Shown in pieces: positions 39,402-53,215 of a stretch of DNA of 64,000 nucleotides. Source of the DNA: Octopus sinensis. Its lineage: Eukaryota. How positions within the stretch are numbered: position 1 is the stretch's first letter; every line of letters starts with the position of its first letter. The DNA is taken from positions 96,720,001 through 96,784,000 of the forward strand of contig NC_043006.1 in the NCBI RefSeq assembly GCF_006345805.1, read 5' to 3'. The position numbers and the translations under genes were made by a program. Below the pieces are notes generated by a model. The model saw only the letters and a list, made by a program, of their open reading frames with translations, did not search any database and had not been told where the DNA came from.

Positions 39402-40277
39402 ATGCGTGGTATGTGTGTATTTTGATTTGTTCATGTCGTATTAAGTATGTGCACGTGCGCATGTTGGTGAATGCAATTATTTGTATCTATCTAAAGAGGA
39501 ATTAATACAAATAGCCATGTATGCATCAATTTGCGTATATATGCTAATGTTGTTTATGTTTATATATGAATGTAAGCATGCCAGTACATATATAAGGGTG
39601 CGCGTGATTTACAGTTGTACATATTTCTAAGCAAACACACATACACAATCATATACATACACGTGTGTGAGTCTATGAAAGAACTCATGTACAACCGTAT
39701 ATCAATATACAAATATGTGTGTGTACATGCAAGTATGTGTGAGTACGTGAATATTTGAGCATGAATATATGACGTATCATATACACTTGTGTTTATTTAA
39801 ACACTCTAGGACGCATTAGTATGCGCACATAATGCGTAAAATATCTTCTAGTGTTTCTGTGAATGTTATCCTGCGTAAATGCGTATAATTATAAATTCCT
39901 GAAGTCTCCTTTCTACAATAATAACGTTAATACAAAGGAATGTACACAGGCCCAGTGGTTAGGTTGTTCGGCTCACAATCAGACGGTGGTAGTTTCGATT
40001 TATGAACCGGGCTAGCTGCGCTGCGTTCTTAAGAAATGGGTATCATTACACGATGTTCCAGTCGTTTCGGCTGTAAATGAGAAGACGCTGAAGAGTGGTG
40101 CCACTGCCTCTCCTTCATTCTATGACATCTTCGATATTCCACTGGATTAAGGGCGAGAGCGCTGAGAGGTGGCGCTAAGTCCGTCACTAAATTTGCAGCT
40201 ACAAAGATAAACCCAAACAGGGCAAAAGAAACCGAGATAGAAGCGCTTGCGGATGGCAGCGATGGTTGTGTGTGTTA

Positions 40278-40645
40278 TGGAAGCACTCCGTCGGTTACGA
40301 CGACGAGGGTTCCGGTTGATCCGATCAACGGAACAGTCTGTTCGTGAAATTAACGTGTAAGTGGCTGAGCACTCCACAGACACGTGCACCCTTAACGTAG
40401 TTCTCGGGGATATTCAGCGTGACACAGAGAGTGACAAGGCCGGCCCTTTGAAATACAGGTACAACAGAAACAGGAAGTAAGAGTGAGAGAAAGTTGTGGT
40501 GAAAGAGTACAGCAGGGATCACCACCATCCCTGCCGGAGCCTCGTAGAGCTTTTAGGTGTTTTCGCTCAATAAACACTCACAACGCCCGGTCTGGGAATC
40601 GAAACCGCGAGTCTGCTAACCTAACCACTGGGCCATTGCGCCTCC
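40278..40645 (-). mobile_element. SINE family C, full length
   Basis: Reverse complement closely matches 31527-31909. Confidence 0.9.
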
Positions 40646-40752
40646 ACTGTGTATGTTATATTATAACTCTAAACAGATTCTCATGTCATTGTAGCCTGGA
40701 ATATATGTTGGTATGTATAAATATACATATAACGTAAAATATAGATTGTGTA

Positions 40753-40985
40753 CAATAATCCCTCGCCATATCGCCATATCGCGGTTCAACTATCGCGGTT
40801 CCCCCAATCGCGGTTTATTATCTAAGCTTATGTCGATTCCTCTGTAGTGTCGTTTTGCATCTATAATAAAAAAAAATATATACAAATTATAAAAATAATT
40901 TTAAAAAAATATACAGTAATGTTACTACTTCGCGGGTGGGTGGGCATTTTGGGACATAACACCCACGATAGTCGAGTGATTACTG
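40753..40985. mobile_element. Tigger/pogo-like MITE
   Basis: TA|caataatccctcgccatatcgc ... cacgatagtcgagtgattactg|TA: imperfect TIRs of about 20 bp with TA on both sides; subterminal atcgcggtt repeats. Confidence 0.8.
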
Positions 40986-40989
40986 TATA

Positions 40990-41095
40990 TATATATATAT
41001 GTATGTATGCATGTATGTATATGTATATATATACATTGTATATTATATATATATGTGTATATATACATATGTATATATATTATATATAATATATA

Positions 41096-41142
<47 letters not shown>

Positions 41143-41181
41143 ATGTATGTATATATATTAATATATATATATATATTTATG

Positions 41182-41230
<49 letters not shown>

Positions 41231-41256
41231 GTATATGTATATATATATATATATAC

Positions 41257-41290
<34 letters not shown>
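40990..41290. repeat. Long (TA)n-rich microsatellite
   Basis: Direct inspection; source of the YI-rich spurious ORFs. Confidence 0.95.
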
Positions 41291-42140
41291 GAGAGGGAGA
41301 GAGAGTGAGGCACTTGAAAAATCACACGAACACACACCTAACACACACACACATGTACATAAACAACGTACCTATGTTTCAACTAGTAATGTTCCATCTA
41401 TGAGTTCAAATCGTCCAAATCATGCAAACCGAATTAAGTAACTTTTATATAACAAGAGGCCACATCATAAATATATTTAGCAATTATACAGTGAATTCAG
41501 ATCGATTTAGTCGCCTGTTCTATTCCTTTATCTTACAATATGTGGCCTTGTAACTTCCAATAGGAAAAATCAATATTCGACTTGAAAGAACTAGCAGATT
41601 GCTTTCATTTTTCTATTCTATACTTTCTGTTTTATTTTATATATACATATTTTTTTTTTTGCCATATTGGATTTCCATATCGAACAAACCTTTGTAGTTG
41701 CCACTGCAAGAGCACATAGCATTTCTGTACATTCAAGAATTAGTGTTTACAGACTCAGATGAGAAGAATAGATGGAATGGGGAGAAAGTTGAGAGTGGAT
41801 TCTTGACCGAAGTAAATACGTTTGGCTTTAGAAATAGCATTCGAAGATATCACACAAAGGCACATTTTATACGCATGATATATGCGAATACGGGTGCAGA
41901 GAAAAGGGGATATATTGTATGTCTATGGGTAGACATGTATACACACACTCTCATACACACACACGTGCACAGCGTACAAATATACATGCGCACGTATACG
42001 GACAGGTAACTGTCCAGACCTCCCCCATGCCCTAATCTAAACTACAGTCATGTATACGGTTATACAAATATACATACACGCACTCACATGCATTGGCGCA
42101 TATGTATATACGTATACACAAAAACGCAGGTAGACACACA

Positions 42141-42176
<36 letters not shown>

Positions 42177-42367
42177 AACATATGTAATTATGTTTATGTA
42201 TATATATATTATATATATATATATATACGTTTATATATGAATGTATATAAACATATACATATGTAATTATGTATGAATATATATATATATATAATAAAAT
42301 ATTAGGGAATAAGTCCAAACTTACAGGGAAAAATCAGATTTAGGATTGTATCCAATTTTATAGTAAA

Positions 42368-42628
42368 ATATATTATATTAAATTAGAGATAAAACCACTA
42401 TTAGGCAAATCATACAATGAAAAACTTAAGCTAATACATAAGATTAATTAATTTATATTATTTAAATATATATAAAAATTATTAAAAAAGATAATTAATA
42501 TAACATATTATCTTTTTTAATAATTTTGATATATATTTAAATAATATAAATTAATTAATCTTATGTATTGGCTTAAGTTTTTCATTGTATGATTTGCCTA
42601 ATAGTGGTTTTATCTCTAATTTAATATA

Positions 42629-42634
<6 letters not shown>
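42368..42634. repeat. AT-rich foldback palindrome, arms about 128 bp, 11-nt spacer
   Basis: 42368-42495 is the reverse complement of 42507-42634 with about 2 mismatches. Confidence 0.9.
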
Positions 42635-42659
<25 letters not shown>

Positions 42660-42936
42660 ATGATTGTTATGTATGATATCCACTACGATTATGTATTAAT
42701 CGAAGTGTACATATATACCCACTACGGCTGATCTTACCAATCGGTTTCTCACTGAGGAGTCCCACTGGATGTTATGTGTCAGTCTGATTATATAACCTTG
42801 CACTCTTCAGGGTTGACAGTTATAAAAGATAGTAAGGCGGATGCTCCCTTTTGTTACATATATATATATATATATATGATTGTGTGTGTGTGTGTGTGTG
42901 TGCGTGTGTGTATGTGTGTGTGTGTGCGTGTGTGTA

Positions 42937-42989
<53 letters not shown>

Positions 42990-43567
42990 GTGTGGACTGA
43001 TTGGGACATTACTTGCTTCATTCGATTAATGAATAAAGAGACTGAGATAGAGAAAGTGGGACGGATATTCTCGGATACCGGTTGTTGTAGGAGTACACAG
43101 TGAGAAGAGAACAGAGTTATGGGCGCCATGTTAGATACAGTTTGTCGCTCGCCTGAAAAAAAATCATGAATTGGCATCTTCACTCATTTCTAAAGGTCAC
43201 TTAATCTTGCACTTTTCCACCACTGCTATCAACCGGCACACAAGCACGTTTTGACAGACTCTGCCTTCTGCTTACATATTTCATATATTTCCTTATGTAC
43301 ATTCATGAGTGTGTATGCATGTATGCACATGTGTGTATCCGTGTGTGTGTGTGGGGGGGTGTCACTGCATGTATGTTTGCATGTTAATTCATCTGACTAC
43401 TTGTACATGTGTCTATGCTAGCATAAATGCATGCATAAGCATATACATACACTCTGACACACATATATACAGCCAACAATAACTCGTTTCATGATATATG
43501 GACTTCACAGCCTTGCATCAAGTCTTCTTCCTAATCTTTCACAGATATGTTATATATATATATATAT

Positions 43568-43802
43568 ATCTTCTTTTATTCTTTTACTTGTTTGAGTCAT
43601 TTGACTGCGCCTATGCTGAAACGTCGCCTTCAGTCGAACAGATCGACCTCAGGACTTATTCTTTGTAAGCCTAGAACTTATTCTATCGGTCTCCTTTGCC
43701 GAGCTGCTAAGTTACGGGGGCGTAAACACACGGACATCGGCTGTTGATGGTGGGAGGACACACAAATACATACATACATACATACATACATACATACATA
43801 CA

Positions 43803-43838
<36 letters not shown>

Positions 43839-43995
43839 TATGAAGGCGTTCTTTCAGCTTCCGTAAACCAAACCCACTTGCAAGGCTTTGGTGAGCCCGA
43901 GGCTATAGTAGAAGACACGTGGCCCAAGGTGCCACGCAGTGGGACTGAACGCAGAACCATGTGGTTGGGAAGCAAGCTTCTAACGACAAGACACT
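43568..43995 (-). mobile_element. SINE family A with internal (TACA)n
   Basis: Reverse complement of the family A head, body and tail. Another minus-strand copy lies at 46020-46375 and a tail at 37215-37410. Confidence 0.85.
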
Positions 43996-44003
43996 CGTGC
44001 GCC

Positions 44004-44059
<56 letters not shown>

Positions 44060-44144
44060 TATATATATATATAAACTCAAATAAACTTAGATATGTTTGA
44101 CCAATGATTGGACGAGGCTAAATTAATAGCACCATCTGGTAGGA

Positions 44145-44905
44145 TTTGTTATATCCTTTTTACGCCAAGTCTTGTGGCATCATGGCCTATTCAAGTTGGG
44201 AGTTCTTGTTGAGCGAATTGTATCCAGGTATATGTGGCTTCACTGTTATCACTAGAAGAAATTTCTCCAGATTTCGTTTAACGTTGATGGGACATTTTTA
44301 CTCTTTGGTTTATTTTAGGACAATATTAAATAGGGCAGGGCATGTTGAGGGGAATAAATATTTATGTGTTGGGATCTTGAATTTTGTAGGGGACGTATGG
44401 CACGTTGTCCTAGCCTTGGAAGAATTCTGGAAGTAATGTTAAGGTCGTTTGGGCAATTCTGATGTGCAAATCAACGATGTGCAAAGGATGTTTCACTCAC
44501 GCAGCGCTGGAGAGAATATAATTTCAATACTTTTAGGCTGTCCCAATAATTGAGATTAGTCATGGTCTTAATTTCTTTAATGAATGCCCTCTGAGGTGAT
44601 TCAGTTTTCGAAATGTTTTGTTTTGTGTGAAAGACCAGAGGGAGCAGCAGTATTCTAGGTGTGGCCGTACAAAGAAGGAGAAAAGAGGAATGATGAAACC
44701 TTGTTCCCTGGACCGGAATGTTCTTAGGATCCAGGCGCTCATCGTACACGCTATTTCGACTTTATTGTTGATGTGGGCACCCCAGTTGAGAATCAAGTAA
44801 TGAGTTCTTGACGAGCGAGTTGTATCCAAGGATGGGTGGCTTATTTGCTATCCCTTGAAGAAATTTACCAGATTTCGTTTAATGGTGACATTTACTCCTA
44901 GGTCT
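44145..44905 (-). mobile_element. CR1-group LINE RT 3' fragment (44145-44790) plus a second short 3' fragment (44795-44905)
   Basis: Translates LNWGAHINNKV..A...WILRTFRSR...FVRPHLEYCCSLWS...LNYWDSLKVLKLYSL...KRNLEKFL..KPHIPGYNS; frameshifted. Confidence 0.85.
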
Positions 44906-45336
44906 CTGATATTATTAGATGTTGTGAGTGGTTCCTCTGAAGGAAGAGAATATGGTTGTTTTAGCATAGTAGTATTTTCCAAAATGCATCAGTTTAAATT
45001 TTCTTTCGTTTAGTCGCATCTTGTTTGCGATTCTATAGTTATTTCGCTTAGATTGGGTTGATGGTTTTTACCAGACTTTTAGTGAAAAAGGTGAATCTCT
45101 CACAATTCTTTATCATTCTTTTTTATATAAAGATATATAAAAAGTATCGTTTTCTCTTGTATATACAATATGTTGTCAGACGTCTGTCTGAACACGGCCT
45201 TGCTTAGTATATTCGATTATATTTGACGAATGCGGTGATGGTGTGGTGGTGGCGATGATGGTGGAGGTCGTGGCGGCAAAATAAAAAATGAGCAAAAACC
45301 AAAAAAAAAAACAAACTAGCCTAATTGTAAAATAGA

Positions 45337-45376
<40 letters not shown>

Positions 45377-45545
45377 GCGTGGTGTGTCCGTGCATGTACG
45401 ATGTATGTATACACATACACACATACGCCCTTAATCAAAAGGAAACAAGAGCTTCAACTGCTTCTCCGAATCTGATACAGATATAGATTGTTTTTGTATT
45501 GTCTGTCCACTCTTCAGTTATATTGACTCTGTGTACATACATTCA

Positions 45546-45589
<44 letters not shown>

Positions 45590-45602
45590 TATATATATAT
45601 TT

Positions 45603-45858
45603 ATATATGATGAAATGAAGAATGGAGTCGAACGAAGATGGTTAACAAAATTCCTTTACTCTCGACATATGTGGTCACCATGTAGGCAATCATCAAAATG
45701 TTTTGTTCGTCTTGTGGCTGAGAGAGGCCCTTATCTTTTCCTGATGAGAAGATTGCATAATGCACCCGTTATTCCTTCGGAATAAAAGTATGCCGTCTTC
45801 GAAATATATGTCGAGAGTAAAGAATTTTTCGATCCCATTCTTCATTTTATTCATATAT
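45603..45858. mobile_element. PLE-type terminal repeat with an inverted partial copy
   Basis: 45603-45672 is the reverse complement of 45804-45858 (with one 14-nt indel). Both start at the hammerhead helix III (acatatgtc/atatatgtc-gagagtaaag). Confidence 0.65.
45736..45817 (+). ncRNA. Type I hammerhead ribozyme candidate, canonical core, extended helix II
   Basis: UUUUC-CUGAUGA-GAAGA..GCAUA[...UUAUUCC-UUC-GGAAUAA..]UAUGC..UCUUC-GAAA-UAUAU-GUC|GAGAG; predicted cleavage after 45812. Confidence 0.75.
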
Positions 45859-47149
45859 ATAAAAAAATATCAAAATATTCCTCACAAGAACCCGGAGTTC
45901 TAACCTTGACAGGTCGCTTCAACCGTGTTTTCTGACGTGAATTTGCTACCCAGGTATCGGGTTAAACGAATTTCCATGCTAGGATAATTCATTCCACCTA
46001 CTTAGATATATATATATATATTCTTTTACTGTTTCTGTCATGACCTGCGGCCATGCTGAAACACCACTTTTAGCCGAAGACATCGCCCCAGGACTTATTC
46101 TTTGTAATCCTGGTACTTATTCTATCGGCCTCTTTTAGCGAGCGCTGTGACGAAGGAAGAAACACAGACACAAAGACACACACACGCCTATGTATAATAT
46201 ATTATATATATATATTATATATAATATATATACGATGGGTGTTTTTCAGTTTCCGTCTACAAACTCTACTCACAAGGTTTTAGTAGAAGACACATGCCCA
46301 AGGTGTCACGCAGTGAGACTGAACTCAGAACCATGTGATTGGGAAGCAAACTCCTTACCACACAGCCACGCATGCACCTATATGTGGGTGGGTGGGATAT
46401 ATGTATGTATGTGTGTGTGTGTGTGATGTATGTATGTATCGGTGGAACGCTTTGAAAGCTATAGGGGAGAAGGGCTTCCATGTTGTATGGTTATAACATG
46501 TTGAAAGTACAAGTACATCGAGCTCAATATGGCTACGGCTTAAGGTGACGTAGGCGGCAGAGTTGGTGTTGTTAGCGGCGGTGGTAACGGTAAGTGTGGT
46601 GATAGTGGTGTCCATGCTGCTGTGAATGATAACGATCTCGGTTGTAGTGACGCTAGTGCAAGGGGAGTGGGGATGATATTGTTATTGTTGTTATTGTCAT
46701 TGACATTACCTTTTTTTTTGCTCTTCTTTTTATGTATTGTTTTGTGCATTTTTGTTCTTCTTGTCGTCATCGATTTTTCTGTTATATTCTTGTCGTTGTT
46801 GTTGGTGGTGTTTCATCACAGATCAGTCCCTAATCGATCAAGCTTTTGACCAAAATCCGTTCCAACCATGACCAATCTGTCTTTCTGTTATTGTTACTAC
46901 TGTCTTTATTGCTGCTATTGTATTGGCCATTTTTGCTGTTATTTTAATTACTACTACTTTCATTGTTTCAATACCTTGTAACCCCATTGTAACCCCAAAT
47001 AAATAATAGTGTGTGTTTATTTATGAGTCATTACAAAGGACCCACAGAACGTAGAGACAGATGAAACGCCGCTTACAAATACTCTACTTATAAAATATTT
47101 CTCATTCTTTTTTGCTTTTCATGATTTTGCTTATGACCGTCGGGTGATG

Positions 47150-47480
47150 TCCTGAAGAGTAAGATCGCGTATGCAAGCGACTAAAATAGGGCTCGTTGGA
47201 AGGATCTCTGGAGTAACGTTACTCGATAGTAAGCATAGCTTGGGGATCAAGGAGTCTCTCTAAGCAGAGCCACTATTTCTCAACGTTGAGAGATTACAGT
47301 TTTTGAGATAGACATGTGATAAGGATGTCGCTAGAAAGAATCGCATGACGGATTCTTGAAGCCGAGCCAACCGGTAGGAGACCTAATGACGAGACAGTTG
47401 GATAATACATTAATAATCTCACTGGGGTCCAGATGGAAAGTGGAATGGCAGTTATTTCCTATTAAGGAGATGACTGAGAA
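47150..47480 (+). mobile_element. RTE-clade LINE C-terminal fragment
   Basis: Translates RMQATKIGLVGRISGVTLLD...IKESL*AEPLFLNVERLQ...HVIRMSLERIA*RILEAEPTGRRP, with stops. Confidence 0.75.
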
Positions 47481-48269
47481 CTCAATCACAACAACTTTCA
47501 AAGGGATTGCAGGCGGAAAAGTTGGATTGATGGATCCTGAAAAATTACATTTCAGTATAAATGTTATCGGATTCAGTCCTTGAGCTGACTTTAAACTGTT
47601 AAAAATCTTATTTGTAAACCTATATAAAACTTCATTCAGACTCAGCCTGAATATGAGGATTCAAATTATCTTGTTTGCTTCTCTGATATTGTGAGTAATA
47701 ATAATTATCACAATCCGCCTTTAATCTAGTCTGCCGGACTAGATTAAAAGAATATACTGCTGCCAGAAACACAGGTGCGTCGGACATGATACTTTAAAGT
47801 ATGCTAATAGATGTGCTTATGTACAAGTATTAAGGCGGTGAGTTGGTTGAATCGTTAGCACTCCGGACGAAGTGTTTAGCGGCACTTCGTTCCGGCTTTA
47901 GTTCTGAGTTCACATTCCACCGAGGTCGACTGTGCATTTCATCCTGTCAAGGTTGATAAATTAAGTACCAGTTGTGCATTGAGGTCGATGTAATCGACTC
48001 ACCCATCTCCCAAAAGTCCTGTCCTTGAGCCAAAATTCGAAACCAATATCATACAAAATTACGGTGGAGAATATAGTTAAATAGAAGATAGGTAATGCTG
48101 ACAAGTACATAAATCATATGTGTGTGGGTGTGTGCGTGTGTGTGTGTATACATACATATATATATGTAAATATATAACGTATATACATATATGTATGCAT
48201 ATATATATGTATACATATATATGAATATATATGTATCTATGTATACATATATACACATGTGTGTGTGTG

Positions 48270-48315
<46 letters not shown>

Positions 48316-48337
48316 TATATATATATTATATTATTAT

Positions 48338-48820
48338 AGCGTGGCTGTGTGGTAAGAAGCTTGCTTCGCAAACATATGGTTCCGGGTTCAGTCTCACAGC
48401 GTGCAACATTGGGTAAGTGTCTTCTACTATAGCCTTGTGCCGACCAAAGCCTTGTGAGGAGGTTTGATAGACCGAAACTGAAAGAAGCCTGTCATATATA
48501 TGTGTGTGTGTGTGTGTCTGCGTGCGTGTGTGTATGCGTGCGTGTATGTGAGTGTGTGAGTATGTGCGTGTGTGTGTGTGTGAAAGTGAGTATGTGTATA
48601 TCTTTGTGCCTGTGTTTGTCCACTCCATCACCACAACCGGTGTTACTGTGTTTACGTCCTTGTGTCCCTTTAACTTAGAGATTCGGCAAAACAATACGAT
48701 AGAATAAGTACTAGGCTTAAGCTATAAGCCCTGGGATCGATTTCTTCTACTTAAATCCCTCCAAGCTGTTGCTCCAGTATGGCCGCAGTCAAATGGCTGA
48801 AACATGTAAAAGAGTCAACA
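48338..48820 (+). mobile_element. SINE family A with long internal (TG)n
   Basis: gcgtggctgtgtggtaagaagcttg head through ggccgcagtcaaatggctgaaac tail. Confidence 0.85.
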
Positions 48821-48883
48821 AATAAGGATATATATATATATATACATAGGGTGGCTGTGTGGTAAAATGCTTGCTTTCCAAAC

Positions 48884-49066
48884 ATGATAGATCGTTAGCC
48901 ACTACACACATTTTTCTCTCCTTGTTTTTTCTACGTCCCTTTCTGTAGAAGAGCTTAGGCTCGAAACGTAAAATACTTTTTCTATTCCTGAGCATTATAC
49001 TAATATATATGTTTGTTTTGTACACCACCTGCCTTCGTCTTATGTTTTTTTCGTAAACTCTCCTAT
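48884..49066 (+). mobile_element. Family H1 repeat with variant hammerhead motif (48938-48975)
   Basis: cttt-CTGTAGA-a-gagc-ttag-gctc-GAAACGT-A|aaa. Confidence 0.65.
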
Positions 49067-49423
49067 ATATAAATATATATAATATGTATGTATGTATGTA
49101 TGTGTATATATATATATATACATACTGCAACTGTCACTTGAAGGTTGTCTGCGCTTTCCTAGTAAATAACTGTGAACATATGAATTTGGTTCTCCTGCCG
49201 AGTGAATCTTTCAAGTTTATAAAACCCTGAGCCGTTTCCATAACTAATTATTGTCTACTAGATTTTTATGTTTCATACGTCTATAATCGTCCGCAAATCG
49301 GCTACAAGTCACTTAGAGTAACAATTAGCGAAGTTTCAACTTCATTCTCTTTTCTCACAGTTGATATATAAATCTGTGAATTTAAATTAATAGGTTGCTC
49401 GCGCGCGCGCTTTTATTTGTTAA

Positions 49424-49545
49424 TGTGTGTGCGTTGGTTATGTGTGTGTGCGTTGGTTGTGTGTGTGTGCGTTGGTTGTGTGTGTGTGCGTTGGTTGTGT
49501 GTGTGTGCGTTGGTTGTGTGTGTGTGCGTTGGTTGTGTGTGTGTG
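49424..49545. repeat. 18-bp minisatellite (tgtgtgtgtgcgttggtt) x about 6
   Basis: Direct tandem repeat. Confidence 0.9.
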
Positions 49546-49992
49546 CGTGCGTGTGGGTAAGTATGTTAGGACATACATTCAAAATGTGTAATTGTATCCC
49601 GATCTGAGTAACGTAGATGTGAATTGAATGGAAGTGAAATGAAAATAGGCTTTGGTTTATATTATAATTTTATTTCTGCTGATAACTGTTACAAATGTCT
49701 TATTAATGGCTATCTAGGATTACAGGTTTCGTTCATTCATATAATACATACATATGTTTAAGTATATCTATCTATTCATTTATATATTTTGAAATACATA
49801 TATTCACAGGCATAGAATTATAGGTCATACATACGTACACATACGAATATATTTGTATGCGTGTGTATGTAAGTGTATATTTATGTATAGGTACACGAGT
49901 ATGTATGCATGTATGTGTGTATGCCTGCGTGTAAGTATGTATATACGTATGTATAAACACATTCTGAATAGAAAAGAAATGAAAAATGGTCA

Positions 49993-50080
<88 letters not shown>

Positions 50081-50244
50081 AAGAGAGAGAGACATCTATA
50101 TACATGTATTTATAAACACACACCCTCGCGAGCGCTCATACACGCATATTTATACATACATCTACATTGTATACTATTAATGTATATATGTATATATATG
50201 TATATATATGTATATATATATGTATATATGTATATATATATATA

Positions 50245-50290
<46 letters not shown>

Positions 50291-50464
50291 CTAGATGCTT
50301 CTCCCCTATCTCTGTCTCTCTTCTCTCTATATATATGATTTGTATGTATATTGTACATAAATGCGCATCTATGTACGGACTCACATATATGGGAACGCAC
50401 TTTTTCCTTATATACACGTATATGGATACATGCATACATAATAATATATATGTATAATGTATAT

Positions 50465-50515
<51 letters not shown>

Positions 50516-50997
50516 ATATGCATACATACATACATGCATTCATACATACATACATACATACATACATACATACATACTACATACATACATACATACATAC
50601 AAGCACATGCATACATATGCATATTCTTGGCCTTGAATGCATGTATATGTTTATTTGTGTATCCCTGCTCGTGCATTAGGTGCATATCAGAAATATAAGC
50701 AATAGAAAAACTCATCTATAAACCGTATCTCCATTTCTCCCCAATGCTGCAGTAATTTGTTGCTTTTTAAAACTTCCCTGTTCCATACTGTATTCACTAA
50801 GCGCAAAACATCTGATGGTGAATCTGCTTTGAACTTTTGACTTTTATCATAACAAACGTATCAAGGTATACCGCGCCTTTAGTTCTTCATATTTAATATC
50901 TTTAAAGGATTCATCTGCTGCCTATATAGCTTCTGCATTATCAGCTTGATTCTTGCTGGGCGGCAATTTTATGCTGGTTTTTGTTGACTAATTTCCA

Positions 50998-51041
<44 letters not shown>

Positions 51042-51046
51042 TATAT

Positions 51047-51080
<34 letters not shown>

Positions 51081-51324
51081 TAGACAGATAGATAGATAGA
51101 TAGATAGATAGACAGAGAGATATGTGGGTAGATAGATAGAGGAATACACGTATATACACATGCACACATGCACACACACATACATGTATGCATACATACA
51201 TACATACCTACATACATACATACATACGCACGTACATACATACATACATACATACATACATACATACATACATACATACATGCATACATACATACATACA
51301 TATATATATATACAAAGGGGGGAA

Positions 51325-51490
51325 TTCACAATATAAAAAACCCGATGACAGGTGGTGTAGACAACAAACAGATTTATTAAGCATAACGCTCTGGAAGTGA
51401 AAAAGTCTTTAACGTTTCGAGCCTACGCTCTTCCACAGAAAGGAACACAGAAAGAAAGAAGGAGAGAATGTGTGGTGGCTCTCGATCTAT
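51325..51490 (-). mobile_element. Family H1 repeat with variant hammerhead motif (51407-51442)
   Basis: Minus strand reads cttt-CTGTGGA-a-gagc-gtag-gctc-GAAACGT-T|aaag; helix I has 4 bp. Confidence 0.65.
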
Positions 51491-51814
51491 ACATAATATA
51501 CAGATACATACATAAATAGATAGATACATACATACATACACACATACATACATACATACATACATACATACATACATGCAATCATACATACATATATACA
51601 TACATATAGAACAATATATTAATCAATGAAATTCCAACTCACTTTGATTTTCAACTTTTTAATTGTGGAACACGACTGACACTGCATACATCTGATGATT
51701 GTATAACACATGAAAGTACTACTCTATTTCAATATTGTAGAATTGTAAAATTGTAGAATTGTAAAAATTGCAAATAATCAAACGGGAAAATGAAATTTTG
51801 AATTTCATTGGTTA

Positions 51815-51903
<89 letters not shown>

Positions 51904-52727
51904 CCTATCTATCTATCTAACTATCTAACTATATATATATAATATATATACATGCACACATGCATACATACACACACATATACATAATACATACATAAAT
52001 ATATACATAGCCGCTTACATACATGCAAACAGACGCATACACGCATTCTCCTACACACATACACGCATTCTCATACACATATACACGCATAGAAATGGTA
52101 ATAAAATAGGTTTTGGCAGAGAGCTTTTTTTCGTCCATAGTTTACATATTTTGAAATGGTTATGCTTCTGAAAAAATATCGCAACGATAAATTCTTTCAT
52201 ATTGGTACAACTTTATAGCGACTGGTAATTAAATACGGAAGAGGGAAGTGTTTCTTAGATTCTATAAAATGTAGAAGCCTTGGAAATTTAGCAAACTCCC
52301 TACCCCCACATAGCTCTGAATTGAAAAAAAATTAGTAAAAGAAAAATGTCGATAGACCAGTAATAATTAGCTTTTGCTTATAATGGGACGTGTACAAGGG
52401 AAAATGAACGAGCCAGAAAACTTGTGAGATATTGGGATATCAATGAGGATAATGTACTCCCAATGAAGGACTTCATGGTGGTGACGGTAGTGCTGATAAT
52501 GGTGAGGTCAGCGGTGCCATGGACTGTGGTGACGATAAAGAAGAAACAGACAGCGATGGTGATGATGATGATGAGATGATGATGATGATGATGAAGTAGT
52601 AGTTGTAGTGGTAGTAGCAGTAGTAGCAGCTGCGATAGTGGTGGTAGTCTATCTATCTATATCTATCTATCTATTCTATCTATCATCTATCTATCTTCTA
52701 TATCTTATATATATATATATATATTAA

Positions 52728-52974
52728 CTAAGTATAAGGGTTTAGCAACGAATTGCCTCACCAACACAACCGAATTTAGAAATAGCAGTCAAAGAGATAT
52801 AGCTATTCCTTCTACTAAAAGGGGGATCTCAGTAAAACACAGCACTTGAAAGGCAAACACAGACAGGTAAGAGATCCCCCTTTTAGTAGAAGGAATAGCT
52901 ATATCTCTTTGACTGCTATTTCTAAATTCGGTGTGTTGGTGAGGCAATTCGTTGCTAAACCCTTAATTACTTAG
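52728..52974. repeat. Inverted repeat, arms about 103 bp, 40-nt spacer
   Basis: 52728-52830 is the reverse complement of 52871-52974, differing by small indels. Confidence 0.9.
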
Positions 52975-53146
52975 CATTACTTAAATTTTCCTCGAATGGG
53001 CTTTTACATGCCGAATCTACTTGTGTAATTGATAATTATTCCAAATTAATTATTTCACCCTTTATTATTACTGATATATATATATATAATATATATATTA
53101 TATATATTATATATATATATATATATCTACCTACCTACCTACCTAC

Positions 53147-53215
<69 letters not shown>

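Noticed and set aside
47720-47748. 12-bp perfect hairpin
   Set aside because: Isolated, with no associated element ends or conserved context.
51690-51730. CUGAUGA...GAAAGUACU-A as a hammerhead
   Set aside because: Helix III is palindromic, but helix I cannot form and helix II is not closed. Similar failures occur at 15726, 18157, 30224 and 60300-60332.
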